Made by a program: the position numbers and the translations under genes. A DNA stretch of 64,000 bases from an uncultured Chloroflexia bacterium. Its GTDB lineage: Bacteria > Chloroflexota > Anaerolineae > Anaerolineales > UBA11858. Within the stretch, counting starts at the first letter, position 1. Each line of letters starts with the position of its first letter. The stretch spans positions 70,194 through 134,193 of the forward strand of contig CAVQTT010000005.1 in NCBI GenBank assembly GCA_963716695.1, written 5' to 3'. Below the pieces are notes generated by a model, which was not told the origin of the DNA, made no database searches, and saw only the letters and a program-made list of their open reading frames with translations. Shown here one piece after another: positions 1 through 9,722 of the stretch.

Positions 1-699
1 TATCCCCAAACGGTCAGCATCCAGCACACCCAGATCCATTGGCAGAGTGCCCAAAAGGGGTATTCCGGGGGAATTGGCTTTCAGGAATTCCAATTCTTCA
101 GCACTGCGGAGCTTGTTGCCTACCAGCCAGATGCGTTTGAGGCCGATATCCCTGGATAGATCTTTGATCTGGGCTGCTGTCCCCAGGCTGCGCTGGGTTG
201 GCTCTACTACTACGATCATGGCATCTACAAAATCAACTGTCGCCCGGCCGAGGTGCTCTACACCGGCGTACATATCCAGGATCAGGACCTCATCATCCCG
301 GAATAATAGATGGGTGAAGAGAGTCTTTAATATGGCGCTTTCCGGGCAAATGCAGCCCGAACCACCCAGGTCAACACTGCCAGATTCGAGCAACCTCACA
401 CCCCGATGCAGGACTGAGAACCGTTCTGGGATATCATCAACACGAGGATTTAAAGTGAAAAACCCACCCGTTGTGCCTGGTTTCGCCCCGGTCCGTTCTT
501 CGATCAATTGGTCCATTTCAGCAATCGGGCTTAATTGTTCCCGCAGATCGCTGGGCAATCCTAAAGCCCCGGCCAGGCAGGGGGATGGATCCGCATCAAC
601 CGCCAGAACATCTTTTCCCTGGTCAGCGTAATATTGGGCCAGGAGGGCGGAAAGAGTCGTTTTTCCTACCCCGCCTTTACCGCTGATTGCTAGTTTCAT
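1..699 (-). CDS. cooC: CooC-type P-loop ATPase (Ni-insertion accessory protein of CODH/ACS, MinD/ParA superfamily); C-terminus cut by window edge
   Basis: Absent from the ORF track because no stop lies in the window. Hand translation of the reverse strand from ATG 699-697 gives MKLAISGKGGVGKTTLSALLAQYYADQGKDVLAVDADPSPCLAG...LGGSGCICPESAILK...VVVEPTQRSLG... This shows a deviant Walker A (GKGGVGKT) and a C-x-C metal motif. The frame is open to nt 1. Confidence 0.8.
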   Translation of the reverse strand, partial: MKLAISGKGGVGKTTLSALLAQYYADQGKDVLAVDADPSPCLAGALGLPSDLREQLSPIAEMDQLIEERTGAKPGTTGGFFTLNPRVDDIPERFSVLHRGVRLLESGSVDLGGSGCICPESAILKTLFTHLLFRDDEVLILDMYAGVEHLGRATVDFVDAMIVVVEPTQRSLGTAAQIKDLSRDIGLKRIWLVGNKLRSAEELEFLKANSPGIPLLGTLPMDLGVLDADRLGI

Positions 700-736
700 T
701 TTCCATCTCCTTCAATTTCCCGAGAATAATACCAGA

Positions 737-1375
737 TTAAGTGTATTCCGAGATCAATTTGCCAGTCAGCATGCTGCCCAGAATGGCGCAGCCATCTGTG
801 GGTAAATGATTATCCGCGATATCCTCAAATAATAGTTTATAGGAAGGGGGGAATTCCTCGTCTCCCTTCCAATATACAGCCAAAATAGCCACCCGGGGCA
901 GGATCTGGAAGCGGTATGCTCCATCACCGAAGCTGGTTTTATCACCACATAAATCCTGGCACCTTTTTTCAAATTCTTGATAATTGGATTGGAAGAACTG
1001 GAGTAGTTTCTTCGAAGTATAGCCTTGATAGGCAGCATTATAAAATTGACCATCGGATAGCTCTGAAAACGAGATCCACTTCCCTGCCGGGACGGATTTT
1101 TTCGAGGAACTGAAATAATAAAGGATCATGGCCTGGTGAATGGGCGGCAGAGTGCGGCCGGTTTCAGGGTCCCGGGCTAAATAATCTTCCTGGGGGAACG
1201 CGACTGCCTTTCCCCAATAGAGGAACTCAAAAACCCCTCCGCTTTCCAGATTTTGGAAGCGGGCGCCGGTCGTATCAGCCAGTATGCCTGGATCGGCTGC
1301 CCTGACAGTTTCCCGGAGTTCATCAGCCCGGCGCTCCAGGGGGGTTTGATCCTCATTCAAAATAAATTCGCTCAC
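737..1375 (-). CDS. DUF3786-like protein (family assignment from memory)
   Basis: Track ORF 737..1474. Core: ...ILYYFSS..GKWISFSELSDGQFYNAAYQGY...ILPRVAILAVYWKGDEEFPPSYKLLFED. The first 33 codons are Pro/Ala-rich and overlap the next ORF. GTG 1375 with AAGGA about 11 nt upstream is preferred, but the start is uncertain. Confidence 0.6.
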   Translation of the reverse strand: MSEFILNEDQTPLERRADELRETVRAADPGILADTTGARFQNLESGGVFEFLYWGKAVAFPQEDYLARDPETGRTLPPIHQAMILYYFSSSKKSVPAGKWISFSELSDGQFYNAAYQGYTSKKLLQFFQSNYQEFEKRCQDLCGDKTSFGDGAYRFQILPRVAILAVYWKGDEEFPPSYKLLFEDIADNHLPTDGCAILGSMLTGKLISEYT

Positions 1376-1415
1376 GTGAGTTAATCCTTGGTTAATTGAT
1401 ACTGGAGGGCATATT

Positions 1416-1862
1416 TTACCTTCCCGGCTTAAAACCCCAGGGGCCGGAGGGACTGGTGCAGGCTGCCCTGCCATGGATGTCGATCAAGTAGAGCCTGGTG
1501 GACCAGGCGGCTGCCTGCTGGCGATTTTTGATCGCTGCCAAAATGGACTCCAGATCGATTCGCTTGTCTAAAAATCTATCATACCACGCCAGAAATGGGG
1601 GCAGGATTTTGATTGACACAGAGCAGATAAATTTTAAATTAGAGTGTGGTTTATTTGGAATCCCGGGATCGATCCAATTTTCCTCTTGACCAAGATTTAG
1701 TTGGATGTTACACTGAGTTTCGTTCGGTAAATCAAGCGAGGAATAATGAATATGCTCAAAGTTAATAATGGCGCTTCCTGCGAATACGCAGAAATGTCTG
1801 GGAGGATTCCCATAGCTTGAGCTTGAAAATTTAACAGCTTGCTCGAAGCTCCGGGATACCAA
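1416..1862 (-). CDS. hypothetical protein (weak)
   Basis: 148-aa ORF with a TTG start, no recognisable motif, and it fills a gap between genes on the same strand. Confidence 0.3.
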   Translation of the reverse strand: MVSRSFEQAVKFSSSSYGNPPRHFCVFAGSAIINFEHIHYSSLDLPNETQCNIQLNLGQEENWIDPGIPNKPHSNLKFICSVSIKILPPFLAWYDRFLDKRIDLESILAAIKNRQQAAAWSTRLYLIDIHGRAACTSPSGPWGFKPGR

Positions 1863-1971
1863 CCATCCCCGGGGCTTTTTTATTTGGTAGTTTCAAACAG
1901 GTCCCGGTTTTAACCGCGGCCTGTTTTTGTTTTTACGGGCAGGTCAACCGCAATTATTAAAGGAATAAACA

Positions 1972-3234
1972 ATGTTGTTCAGCAATACTATCAAAAAAGC
2001 GGGAACAATCTATCAGGAGTACCCCAAGCAATTTTGGATCATTGTGGGTTCAAACTTCGTTGACCGGATTGGTGGAGCTTTGATCTTTCCCTTTTTTGCA
2101 CTTTACATCACCCAAAAGTTCCAGGTTGGGATGACCGAAGTTGGTTTGTTATTTGCCCTCTTCTCTGTCGCTGATATGTTTGGAAATATGATCGGCGGTG
2201 CAATGACAGATTACCTGGGCAGGAAGGGCATGATCATTATGGGGCTGATAGTCAGCGCTCTGACCAGCCTGGCAATGGGTCTTGTTCAGCAGCTGGAATG
2301 GTTCTACGTTCTGGGTGTGGTTTCGGGATTGTTTGCGACTGCTGCCGGACCGGCCCATCAGGCCATGTTGACGGATATTCTTCCTGAGAAGAAAAGAGCT
2401 GAAGGATTTGGAGTTATGCGGGTTGCCATGAACCTCTCCGTGGCTATTGGACCGGCGATTGGCGGTTTTCTCGCTTCCCGCTCCTACCTGATCCTCTTCA
2501 TCGCTGATACTGTGACCAGTCTGATCACCGCCCTGATCGTATACCTGGTAGTGGAGGAGAGCAAACCGGAGGTGATTGTTAAACCAGATCAAAAGAACGG
2601 TTTTAAGGAAACCTTTGTCGGTTATGGTATCGTGCTTAAAGACCGCAAGTTTATGCTCTTTGTGATCATCTCGACCATCGCGACCATTGTCTACTCCCAG
2701 ATGTACAGCACGCTCTCGGTGTATCTGCGGGATGTTCATGGAGTACCAGAAGCCGGTTACGGCTGGTTAATGACCCTGAATGCAGGCCTGGTGGTTTTGT
2801 TCCAATTTATGATCACCAGGAAGATCTCCAAATATCCCCCGATGCTGATCATGGCCCTGGGATCGTTCCTGTATGTGATCGGTTTTGGTATGTATGGGTT
2901 TGTGTCGATCTATCTGCTTTTCATGGTGGCCATGGTGATCATCACCATTGGAGAAATGGTAGTCATCCCTGTGGCCCAGGCTTATGTCGGGGCTGCCGCG
3001 CCAGAAGATATGCGCGGCCGGTATTCAGGTGTGATGGGTTTTTCCTGGATGATACCCTGGATGATCGGTCCCTTGCTGGCAGGTTTGATCATGGATAATG
3101 GAGATCCTAATTGGGTCTGGTACGGCAGCGCCATCCTGGGTACCATAGCAACGGTCGGTTTCTTATGGCTGCGTAAAGACCATGAGAACCAGGCTGTTCA
3201 GCTGCCTGGGGACGTTGAAGTAGAAACAGTTTAG
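1972..3234 (+). CDS. MFS transporter
   Basis: 420 aa, about 12 hydrophobic helices, MFS loop motif DYLGRKGMI between TM2 and TM3. RBS-like AAAGGAA upstream. Confidence 0.85.
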   Translation: MLFSNTIKKAGTIYQEYPKQFWIIVGSNFVDRIGGALIFPFFALYITQKFQVGMTEVGLLFALFSVADMFGNMIGGAMTDYLGRKGMIIMGLIVSALTSLAMGLVQQLEWFYVLGVVSGLFATAAGPAHQAMLTDILPEKKRAEGFGVMRVAMNLSVAIGPAIGGFLASRSYLILFIADTVTSLITALIVYLVVEESKPEVIVKPDQKNGFKETFVGYGIVLKDRKFMLFVIISTIATIVYSQMYSTLSVYLRDVHGVPEAGYGWLMTLNAGLVVLFQFMITRKISKYPPMLIMALGSFLYVIGFGMYGFVSIYLLFMVAMVIITIGEMVVIPVAQAYVGAAAPEDMRGRYSGVMGFSWMIPWMIGPLLAGLIMDNGDPNWVWYGSAILGTIATVGFLWLRKDHENQAVQLPGDVEVETV

Positions 3235-3241
3235 AATAAGG

Positions 3242-4273
3242 ATGGAAAACATGAAAAATCACCTACCTGAGAAATTCACGAGCCGAATGGCCAGCATGGC
3301 GGATCTGCCGCGAATTCATGCCTTGGAAGAAAGGAAATCCCTCCATTATTATGATGTTCCCGGTCTATCCCTGGCGCGCCTAATAAATGAATATGAAACC
3401 CCGGGATTTGAAGTTGAAAAAAGCGTCCTGCTGGTTGAGGATCAGGCTGGGGATCTGGCTGCCCTGATTGAGGTCTGGGATGAGAGGGATCCCCCGGTGC
3501 ATCCATATATCTGGTTTTCCGTTGATCCAGACTATGAAGATCAGGGCCTGGAGGATTACCTGCTAAAATGGGGAGAAGAACGCGCCAGGCAGGCTTTGGA
3601 GCGGGTTGAGCCAGGTCTGCGGGTCGCGATCCGGTCCCACTCTGAAAAACTGGTGCAGTCTTCCGGCAAAGCCAAACTTGCCAATGGGTTTATCCAGATT
3701 CGCCACAGCTTCCGGATGATGATCGACCTGGATGAAAAACCGACCGCTCCGGTCTGGCCGGAAGGAGTCAGCTTGAGGCTGTATGATCCCGAGCTTGACA
3801 GCAGAACGGTCTATGCGGTGGATGAAGAAGCCTTTCAGGACCACTTCGGATTTGTCAAGGAAGATCCTGAGGAGGGATATAAGAATTTTATGCACCATAT
3901 GACTGGTGATGATTCTTATGATCCTTCGCTCTGGTATCTGGCGGCTGCAGGTGATGAGGTGATCGGAACCTGCATCTGCCGGCTTTATGGTCTGGACGAC
4001 AGGGATTCTGGCTGGGTCTCGACTTTGGCTGTCAAACGCGCCTGGCGCCGCCAGGGTGTCGCCCAGGCTCTGCTTCAGCATGCTTTTGGTGAGTATTACC
4101 GCCGGGGTGTGAATAAAGTGGGCCTGGGTGTTGATGCTGAGTCGCTGACTGGTGCATCCAACCTATACAAGAAGGTTGGTATGTACGTTTCCCGCCAATT
4201 TGATATGTACGAGAAGGAACTCCGGCCTGGAACAGAAGTAAGCGTCACAGATCTGGAATCATCTGAAGAATAG
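3242..4273 (+). CDS. GNAT family N-acetyltransferase (two GNAT-like halves, mycothiol-synthase-like architecture)
   Basis: 343 aa. C-terminal acetyl-CoA motif VKRAWRRQGVAQALLQHA. Confidence 0.7.
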   Translation: MENMKNHLPEKFTSRMASMADLPRIHALEERKSLHYYDVPGLSLARLINEYETPGFEVEKSVLLVEDQAGDLAALIEVWDERDPPVHPYIWFSVDPDYEDQGLEDYLLKWGEERARQALERVEPGLRVAIRSHSEKLVQSSGKAKLANGFIQIRHSFRMMIDLDEKPTAPVWPEGVSLRLYDPELDSRTVYAVDEEAFQDHFGFVKEDPEEGYKNFMHHMTGDDSYDPSLWYLAAAGDEVIGTCICRLYGLDDRDSGWVSTLAVKRAWRRQGVAQALLQHAFGEYYRRGVNKVGLGVDAESLTGASNLYKKVGMYVSRQFDMYEKELRPGTEVSVTDLESSEE

Positions 4274-4294
4274 GCCTAGAAAAGGGATAGTACA

Positions 4295-4903
4295 ATGATC
4301 AAAACCGTGATTTTTGACCTGGGTGGAGTGCTGGTGCGGACTGAAAACAATACCCCCAGAGCCCAACTCGCAGAGCGCTTTGGGATGAGCTATGAGGACC
4401 TCAGCGCGCTGGTATATGGGTGCGAAAGCGCTGAAATGGCAACCCGGGGACAGAAAACTGCCCAGGAACATAAAGAGACGGTTTTATTCGAATTGGGACT
4501 GCCGCCCGGGACTTTCGAGGCATTTGGAGATCAGTTCTGGGCGGGAGATTCCCTGGACAGGCAGCTGGTAGATTTTATCAAGAACCTCCAGGGAGAATAC
4601 CAGACAGTCCTGTTGAGCAATGCCTGGGATGATCTACGGGACATGCTGGTCAACTTGTGGGAAATCGACCAGATTTTTGACGAGATCTTCATCTCGGCCG
4701 AAATCGGTGAGGCAAAACCCGATCCAGAGATCTTCCAGTTTGTGATTGAATCCCTCAAAAAGGACCCTGCCAGACTGGTTTTTATTGATGATTTTTCAGA
4801 AAATATTGATGCTGCCCGGGCAGCAGGGATGAATGCGATCTGGTTCCAGAACAGGGACCAAGCCCTGGCGGAGCTGGCAGAATATCTGGATATCCAGACC
4901 TGA
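4295..4903 (+). CDS. HAD-superfamily hydrolase (subfamily IA-like)
   Basis: Motif I VIFDLGGVL, motif II LLSNA, motif IV FIDDFSENI. Confidence 0.8.
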   Translation: MIKTVIFDLGGVLVRTENNTPRAQLAERFGMSYEDLSALVYGCESAEMATRGQKTAQEHKETVLFELGLPPGTFEAFGDQFWAGDSLDRQLVDFIKNLQGEYQTVLLSNAWDDLRDMLVNLWEIDQIFDEIFISAEIGEAKPDPEIFQFVIESLKKDPARLVFIDDFSENIDAARAAGMNAIWFQNRDQALAELAEYLDIQT

Positions 4904-4934
4904 TCTGAAATCGAATTAAAGGTGTCGGGAATAA

Positions 4935-5504
4935 ATGGTTGGCAAGGTCTTCTTTACCCTGCAGTACTGGTTGAAAAATCCACCCTGGGATACCGGAGTG
5001 ACACCACCGGAGCTGTATGCCTATCTGGAATCCAATCCCCCGGGAAAAGCCCTTGACCTGGGCTGTGGTACAGGCACCAATGTCATAACCATGGCGGAAT
5101 ATGGTTGGGATGTGACCGGGGTTGACTATATTCCCAGGGCGATCCGGATCGCCGAAAGGAAGGCCAGGAGGGCCGGGGTGGAGGAAAAAACGCATTTCCT
5201 GAGTGGAAATGTCTTATCTCCCGGTTTTGTCTCGGGGGAGTTTGATCTGATCCTGGATATTGGCTGTTTCCACAGCTTCCGGGGTCAGGAGATCCGTCTT
5301 TATGGGGATAATATTTCCAGGCTGCTTACACGGGGGGGGAGTTTTCTGCTCTATGTTCACCTGAACGAACACCCGGGATCAGGACACGGAGCGACGGATG
5401 CTGGCTTAAGGACTCTCGAAGAATATCTCACAATGAAGAACCGCGTTCATGGTCTGGAATCATCCCGGCCTTCGGCCTGGCTGCAGTACCAGAAACCCGC
5501 TTAG
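4935..5504 (+). CDS. class I SAM-dependent methyltransferase
   Basis: Motif I ALDLGCGTGTN, then DVTGVD and LILDIGCFH. Confidence 0.75.
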   Translation: MVGKVFFTLQYWLKNPPWDTGVTPPELYAYLESNPPGKALDLGCGTGTNVITMAEYGWDVTGVDYIPRAIRIAERKARRAGVEEKTHFLSGNVLSPGFVSGEFDLILDIGCFHSFRGQEIRLYGDNISRLLTRGGSFLLYVHLNEHPGSGHGATDAGLRTLEEYLTMKNRVHGLESSRPSAWLQYQKPA

Positions 5505-5546
5505 TGATCCAAGGCCTGATTTGCCCTCTTGGGATTAATAGAAAAT

Positions 5547-6506
5547 TTAGGGTAAATTATTAAAAACATCCTGGATCCCGGAGGTAAATTTATCCGGGTT
5601 CGTTTCCGTTAATAGACTTTTTCTGCTCTCTTCACCCAGCTGATAGGGTTCCAGATAACCAGCCGCAAATTTGCGGAATAGGACCAATCCGTCCTGGGTC
5701 CCATAAAAGGATAGCGACCGCTCCAGGTGCTTCAGCAGCAGTTCTTTGACTTCTTCGGGAGGTATCAGCTCCCGATCCCGGCCGGAGAAGATCCAGGGGT
5801 TTTTGACAGCTCCCCTTCCGATCATGACCCCATCGCAGCCGGTGCTGCGACTCATTGCCTGAATATCGTCCAGGCTTTGAACCCCGCCGTTACCTATAAC
5901 TGGAATGCTCAGACTGGATTTGATCTCAGCCAATCCTTCGAAGTCAGGCTCTCCCTGGTGGCCCTGGTCTTTGGTCTTGGCATGCACTGCCAGCAAAGCG
6001 CCGCCATATTCTTCAATGATCCTGGATACCAGGAGCTGTTTTTGGCAGTCTTTCCACCCCAGCCGGATCTTGGCGGTAACTGGGATTTCCAGAGCGCTGG
6101 TGAGCAGCTTCATGATCCGGGCAACTTTTTTGGGAGTCCGCAGCAATCCAGCGCCGGCTCCCCGGCTGACAATGGACCGATTGGGACAGCCCAGGTTTAT
6201 ATCGATCGCATCCGGACCCAGTTCCTGCAGTTTTAATCCTGCCCTCAGAATGGCGTCCGGATCGTGGCCGTAGAGCTGCATAAAAACCGGCCTTTCAGCC
6301 TCGGTAAAATAGAGTTTATCTTGAATGTATTGGGGACGCTCCAGGACATCTTCCGCTTTTACAAATTCAGTGTAGCTGATCGCTGACCCCAGCTCCCGGC
6401 AGATGGACCGAAATGGCCAGTCAGTATAGCCGTCCATGGGGGCCAGGATCAGATTTCCGGAGATTTGCAGATCAGCAACCATTAAGGAGGGTCGAATCTC
6501 AGTCAT
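5547..6506 (-). CDS. dus: tRNA-dihydrouridine synthase
   Basis: LAPMDGYTDWPFR, DINLGCP, and AVHAKT..IPVIGNGG, which reads as an FMN TIM-barrel pattern. Confidence 0.85.
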   Translation of the reverse strand: MTEIRPSLMVADLQISGNLILAPMDGYTDWPFRSICRELGSAISYTEFVKAEDVLERPQYIQDKLYFTEAERPVFMQLYGHDPDAILRAGLKLQELGPDAIDINLGCPNRSIVSRGAGAGLLRTPKKVARIMKLLTSALEIPVTAKIRLGWKDCQKQLLVSRIIEEYGGALLAVHAKTKDQGHQGEPDFEGLAEIKSSLSIPVIGNGGVQSLDDIQAMSRSTGCDGVMIGRGAVKNPWIFSGRDRELIPPEEVKELLLKHLERSLSFYGTQDGLVLFRKFAAGYLEPYQLGEESRKSLLTETNPDKFTSGIQDVFNNLP

Positions 6507-6507
6507 C

Positions 6508-7908
6508 TCATTTCTTAACGAGGGATTGATTTAATGCTTGATCCAGGGAACGGGCCTCGATGACTTCGAGCTGTTTGGGCCAGTCAAACCCCGTGGATCT
6601 CAGCCGTTTGGGAACGATGGCGGTTTTGAATCCGAGTTTGGCAGCTTCACCCAGTCTGTCGCTCATCCTGCTGGCCATCCTCAGTTCTCCTGAGAGTCCG
6701 ATCTCGCCAATCAGGATCGAATCTGCCTTGACTGGCAGGTCCCGAACTGAGCTGGCAATGGCCGCTGCCACAGCCAGGTCAACTGCAGGTTCGCTGATCT
6801 TGAGTCCTCCGACAACGTTGACAAAGATATCCTGGTCGGCCAAGGAGATTCCAGCCCTGCGGGTCAAAACTGCGGAGATCAGCAGCAGACGGTTAAATTC
6901 AATTCCATTGGGCGTCCGGCGGGGATTCCCAAAACTGGTCGGGTTGGTGAGGCCCTGGATTTCCACCAGGATCGGCCGTGTGCCCTCCATGGTGACAGCT
7001 ATCGCTGATCCGGGGGTATTAACCATGCGCTCAGCCAGAAATGCCTCAGAGGGATTGGAAATTTCGATCATGCCCCGTTCCTGCATTTCAAACACACCCA
7101 CTTCCGAGGTCGGTCCAAAACGATTTTTTACCGAACGCAGCAAACGATAGGATTGGTAGCGATCTCCTTCCAGGAATAACACTGTGTCTACGATGTGCTC
7201 CAGAACCCGGGGGCCGGCTATGGCTCCCTCCTTGGTAACATGGCCGATCAAAAAGACGCTGGTCCCGGTCCTTTTGGCATACTCCCGGAGGTGAGAGGCG
7301 CATTCCCTCACCTGGGAAACTGAGCCGGCTGATGACTCCTGCTGTGGTAAATAGCTGGTCTGGATGGAGTCAACGACCAATAATGTGGGTTTGATGTTTT
7401 CTGCATGATCAAAAATAATTTCCAGATTGGTTTCTGTGACTAAAAATAAATTCTCGGGCAGCTCCAGGCTGTTTCCACTGTGGTCCCGATGCAATCGGTC
7501 AGCCCTCATTTTGATCTGGCGTTCGGATTCTTCTCCGGATACATACAGGATCTTGATCGATTCTGCCAGCTCCAGGGCGATCTGCAGCAGCAAGGTAGAT
7601 TTGCCAATTCCAGGATCTCCCCCGATCAGATTGATCGATCCGGGAACCAGCCCTCCTCCCAGAACTCGAGAAAACTCCTGATGCTTGAGGACCAGGCGGG
7701 ATTGTTCGTCAGAACGGATCTCCTGGATCGGAAGCGGCACAGATGTTGCATTGAATCGGGAGGGTGCAGGGAATCTGGTCTGGGAGCTTTTTTCAACCAG
7801 TTCTTCAACCAGAGTGTCCCAGTTTCCGCAATTGGGACAGCGGCCCAAATAACCTGGACTGCTAAAACCACAATCCTGGCAAACGTATTGAGAATATGAC
7901 TTAGCCAT
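6508..7908 (-). CDS. radA: DNA repair protein RadA/Sms
   Basis: Zn ribbon CQDCGF..CPNCGNW, Walker A GDPGIGKST, KNRFG motif, Lon-like C-terminus. The track ORF extends to 7983. ATG at 7908 (MAKSYSQYVCQDCG) is preferred. Confidence 0.9.
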   Translation of the reverse strand: MAKSYSQYVCQDCGFSSPGYLGRCPNCGNWDTLVEELVEKSSQTRFPAPSRFNATSVPLPIQEIRSDEQSRLVLKHQEFSRVLGGGLVPGSINLIGGDPGIGKSTLLLQIALELAESIKILYVSGEESERQIKMRADRLHRDHSGNSLELPENLFLVTETNLEIIFDHAENIKPTLLVVDSIQTSYLPQQESSAGSVSQVRECASHLREYAKRTGTSVFLIGHVTKEGAIAGPRVLEHIVDTVLFLEGDRYQSYRLLRSVKNRFGPTSEVGVFEMQERGMIEISNPSEAFLAERMVNTPGSAIAVTMEGTRPILVEIQGLTNPTSFGNPRRTPNGIEFNRLLLISAVLTRRAGISLADQDIFVNVVGGLKISEPAVDLAVAAAIASSVRDLPVKADSILIGEIGLSGELRMASRMSDRLGEAAKLGFKTAIVPKRLRSTGFDWPKQLEVIEARSLDQALNQSLVKK

Positions 7909-8075
7909 AGACCCATTATAAACCGTTTGCCCGGGTGGTAGTTTCCAGGGCTGGAAATAATTGGTGTGGCACTGCTCTTGCAAAATAAGAAATTGGGTAT
8001 ATAATAAAATAGAACAAATGTTCTAATAATGTTTTCCGGTTGAGTTTCAGGCAGGTACCTGATTGGGAGGATTTG

Positions 8076-8360
8076 ATGGAAATTGGTATGTTGTGGTTTG
8101 ATAATGATAAGACAACCAGCATCCCTGTTAGGGTTGAAAAAGCTGCCAGGTATTACCAGAAAAAATATGGAGTTGATCCGGACCTGTGTTATGTGCATCC
8201 TAAAACGATTAATGGGGATAACGGCCAGGCGGATCCATCCCGAAAGACCGGGAGCCAAGAGAAAATGATCATTGGCAAGATCCTGGTCCTGTTAAACAAA
8301 AAGGTCTTGCCGGACCATTTCTGGATCGGTGTAGGAACTGCCAAAGAACCGCTTAGTTAG
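8076..8360 (+). CDS. small conserved hypothetical protein
   Basis: ATG 8076 follows a strong RBS (GGGAGGA). The track ORF starts at TTG 8040. Sequence MEIGMLWFDNDKTTS...YYQKKYGVDPDLCYVHP. No known motif. Confidence 0.5.
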   Translation: MEIGMLWFDNDKTTSIPVRVEKAARYYQKKYGVDPDLCYVHPKTINGDNGQADPSRKTGSQEKMIIGKILVLLNKKVLPDHFWIGVGTAKEPLS

Positions 8361-9189
8361 GGTGGGTGATATAGATCTCCCAGCTGCCCCAGAATGAATC
8401 GCCGGAGTCTGTCTGGCAGGTGGGCACTTCGATCTCACTGATAACCAAACCGCTATCCTGGATCTCAAGTTGGTAGGTCAATCCGGGCTCTGCTGTAAAA
8501 TCGGCATATCCCAATCCTAATTCTGGTTTTAATCCCGTGTAGAAAACTTCTAGGGGATTTGTTCCCAGGGAGATTTCCAGACTTACTCCCGGAACTCCTT
8601 TTCCAGAGCTATCGGTGGCAATCACCTGGATCAGTGATTCGCCGAGAGTAGGATCGCAGATCGGTGATGAATCCTGCAGGATAAAAGGGGGAGAATCGGT
8701 TGGTGATGGTGTAGGGGACCTGACGGCTCCATTCGTTGGTGATGGGGTAGTGTCAGCAGCTGGATTTGAGCCAGTCCCTGATCCGTTCTGGGTGGAATTT
8801 TGATCGGCGATGGGTGTGATGGTCGATCGAACAGCAGTTGGAGCAGGTTGATAGAGTGATTGAAGGGCCGCGGATAAGTTTGCCAGGATGAGAGCGTTTT
8901 CGTTATCTCCGCTTTCAGCCAGAAAACGCTGGGCCTGGGCTGCCAGGGCCAGCGCGGGTTCCTTGTCCCCGATTAATTCCAGCCGGGCCTCAGCCCGGGG
9001 CAGGTTCTGATTGGCCTGGTAAGCCCAGGCGATCATGGAACGATAAATATCCTTGTAGTCTTCTCTCAACAGATTGGGATGGGTATCAACTTGAGTGGCA
9101 GGAGCGACCACCCAGGCATAGATCAAGCCGATGGCCAAACCCAGGAGCAACGCCGTTAAAAGATACCAGTTGCCGCGATTATGATCCAT
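8353..9189 (-). CDS. membrane-anchored protein, N-terminal TM plus helical repeat plus Pro/Ser/Thr-rich linker plus C-terminal beta-rich domain
   Basis: Start at ATG 9189 (MDHNRGNWYLLTALLLGLAIGLIYAWVVAP) with AAGGAAG RBS. Paralogous to the next gene in its first ~70 aa. Confidence 0.55.
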   Translation of the reverse strand: MDHNRGNWYLLTALLLGLAIGLIYAWVVAPATQVDTHPNLLREDYKDIYRSMIAWAYQANQNLPRAEARLELIGDKEPALALAAQAQRFLAESGDNENALILANLSAALQSLYQPAPTAVRSTITPIADQNSTQNGSGTGSNPAADTTPSPTNGAVRSPTPSPTDSPPFILQDSSPICDPTLGESLIQVIATDSSGKGVPGVSLEISLGTNPLEVFYTGLKPELGLGYADFTAEPGLTYQLEIQDSGLVISEIEVPTCQTDSGDSFWGSWEIYITHPN

Positions 9190-9196
9190 AACTTCC

Positions 9197-9565
9197 TTAG
9201 TTCTCCTCCAGGGCCGTGTGGAGATCCCGCAGCAGGAACATATCAGGCAGGGTATATTCAGCTTGAGATCCAAATTTCAGGGCATTTTCGACGCTGGTGA
9301 GAGGTGAGGGATCATCAAGCAGGGTCAAGCGGTTCAGGGCCCAATCCAGGTCCTGTTCTTGGTGATAGACCTCTGCGACCATTAAGGTATAGTCGGTCTT
9401 ATAATCGATCCTTAAACTTTCCAGGGTGGTATCCTGGTAGCTGACAGGGTTGATCACCCAGCCGTATAAAAGGCCCAGGCCGATTCCCCCAATCAGAACC
9501 AGAAGAAATAATGACCAGCGTGACATGATCTGCCTTGTCTGAAATTTCCTTTCTAATTGTGCCAC
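9197..9565 (-). CDS. membrane-anchored protein, short paralog of 8353..9189
   Basis: 122 aa. SRWSLFLLVLIGGIGLGLLYGWVINPVSYQDTTLESLRIDYKTDY aligns with the N-terminus of the downstream gene. Confidence 0.5.
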   Translation of the reverse strand: MAQLERKFQTRQIMSRWSLFLLVLIGGIGLGLLYGWVINPVSYQDTTLESLRIDYKTDYTLMVAEVYHQEQDLDWALNRLTLLDDPSPLTSVENALKFGSQAEYTLPDMFLLRDLHTALEEN

Positions 9566-9722
9566 AGAGGATATAAATGGACAAGCTAATCCGTGGAATT
9601 ATGCCAATTTAGTAGGCCGGCAGGGAGCAATTCTGTGGGCTGTTAAGGGATTATTAGAACGGGAACGGCTTTCTTGACGCGCTCTGACCCTAATGATATA
9701 GTTAGCGCGGAGGTTATCCAAA

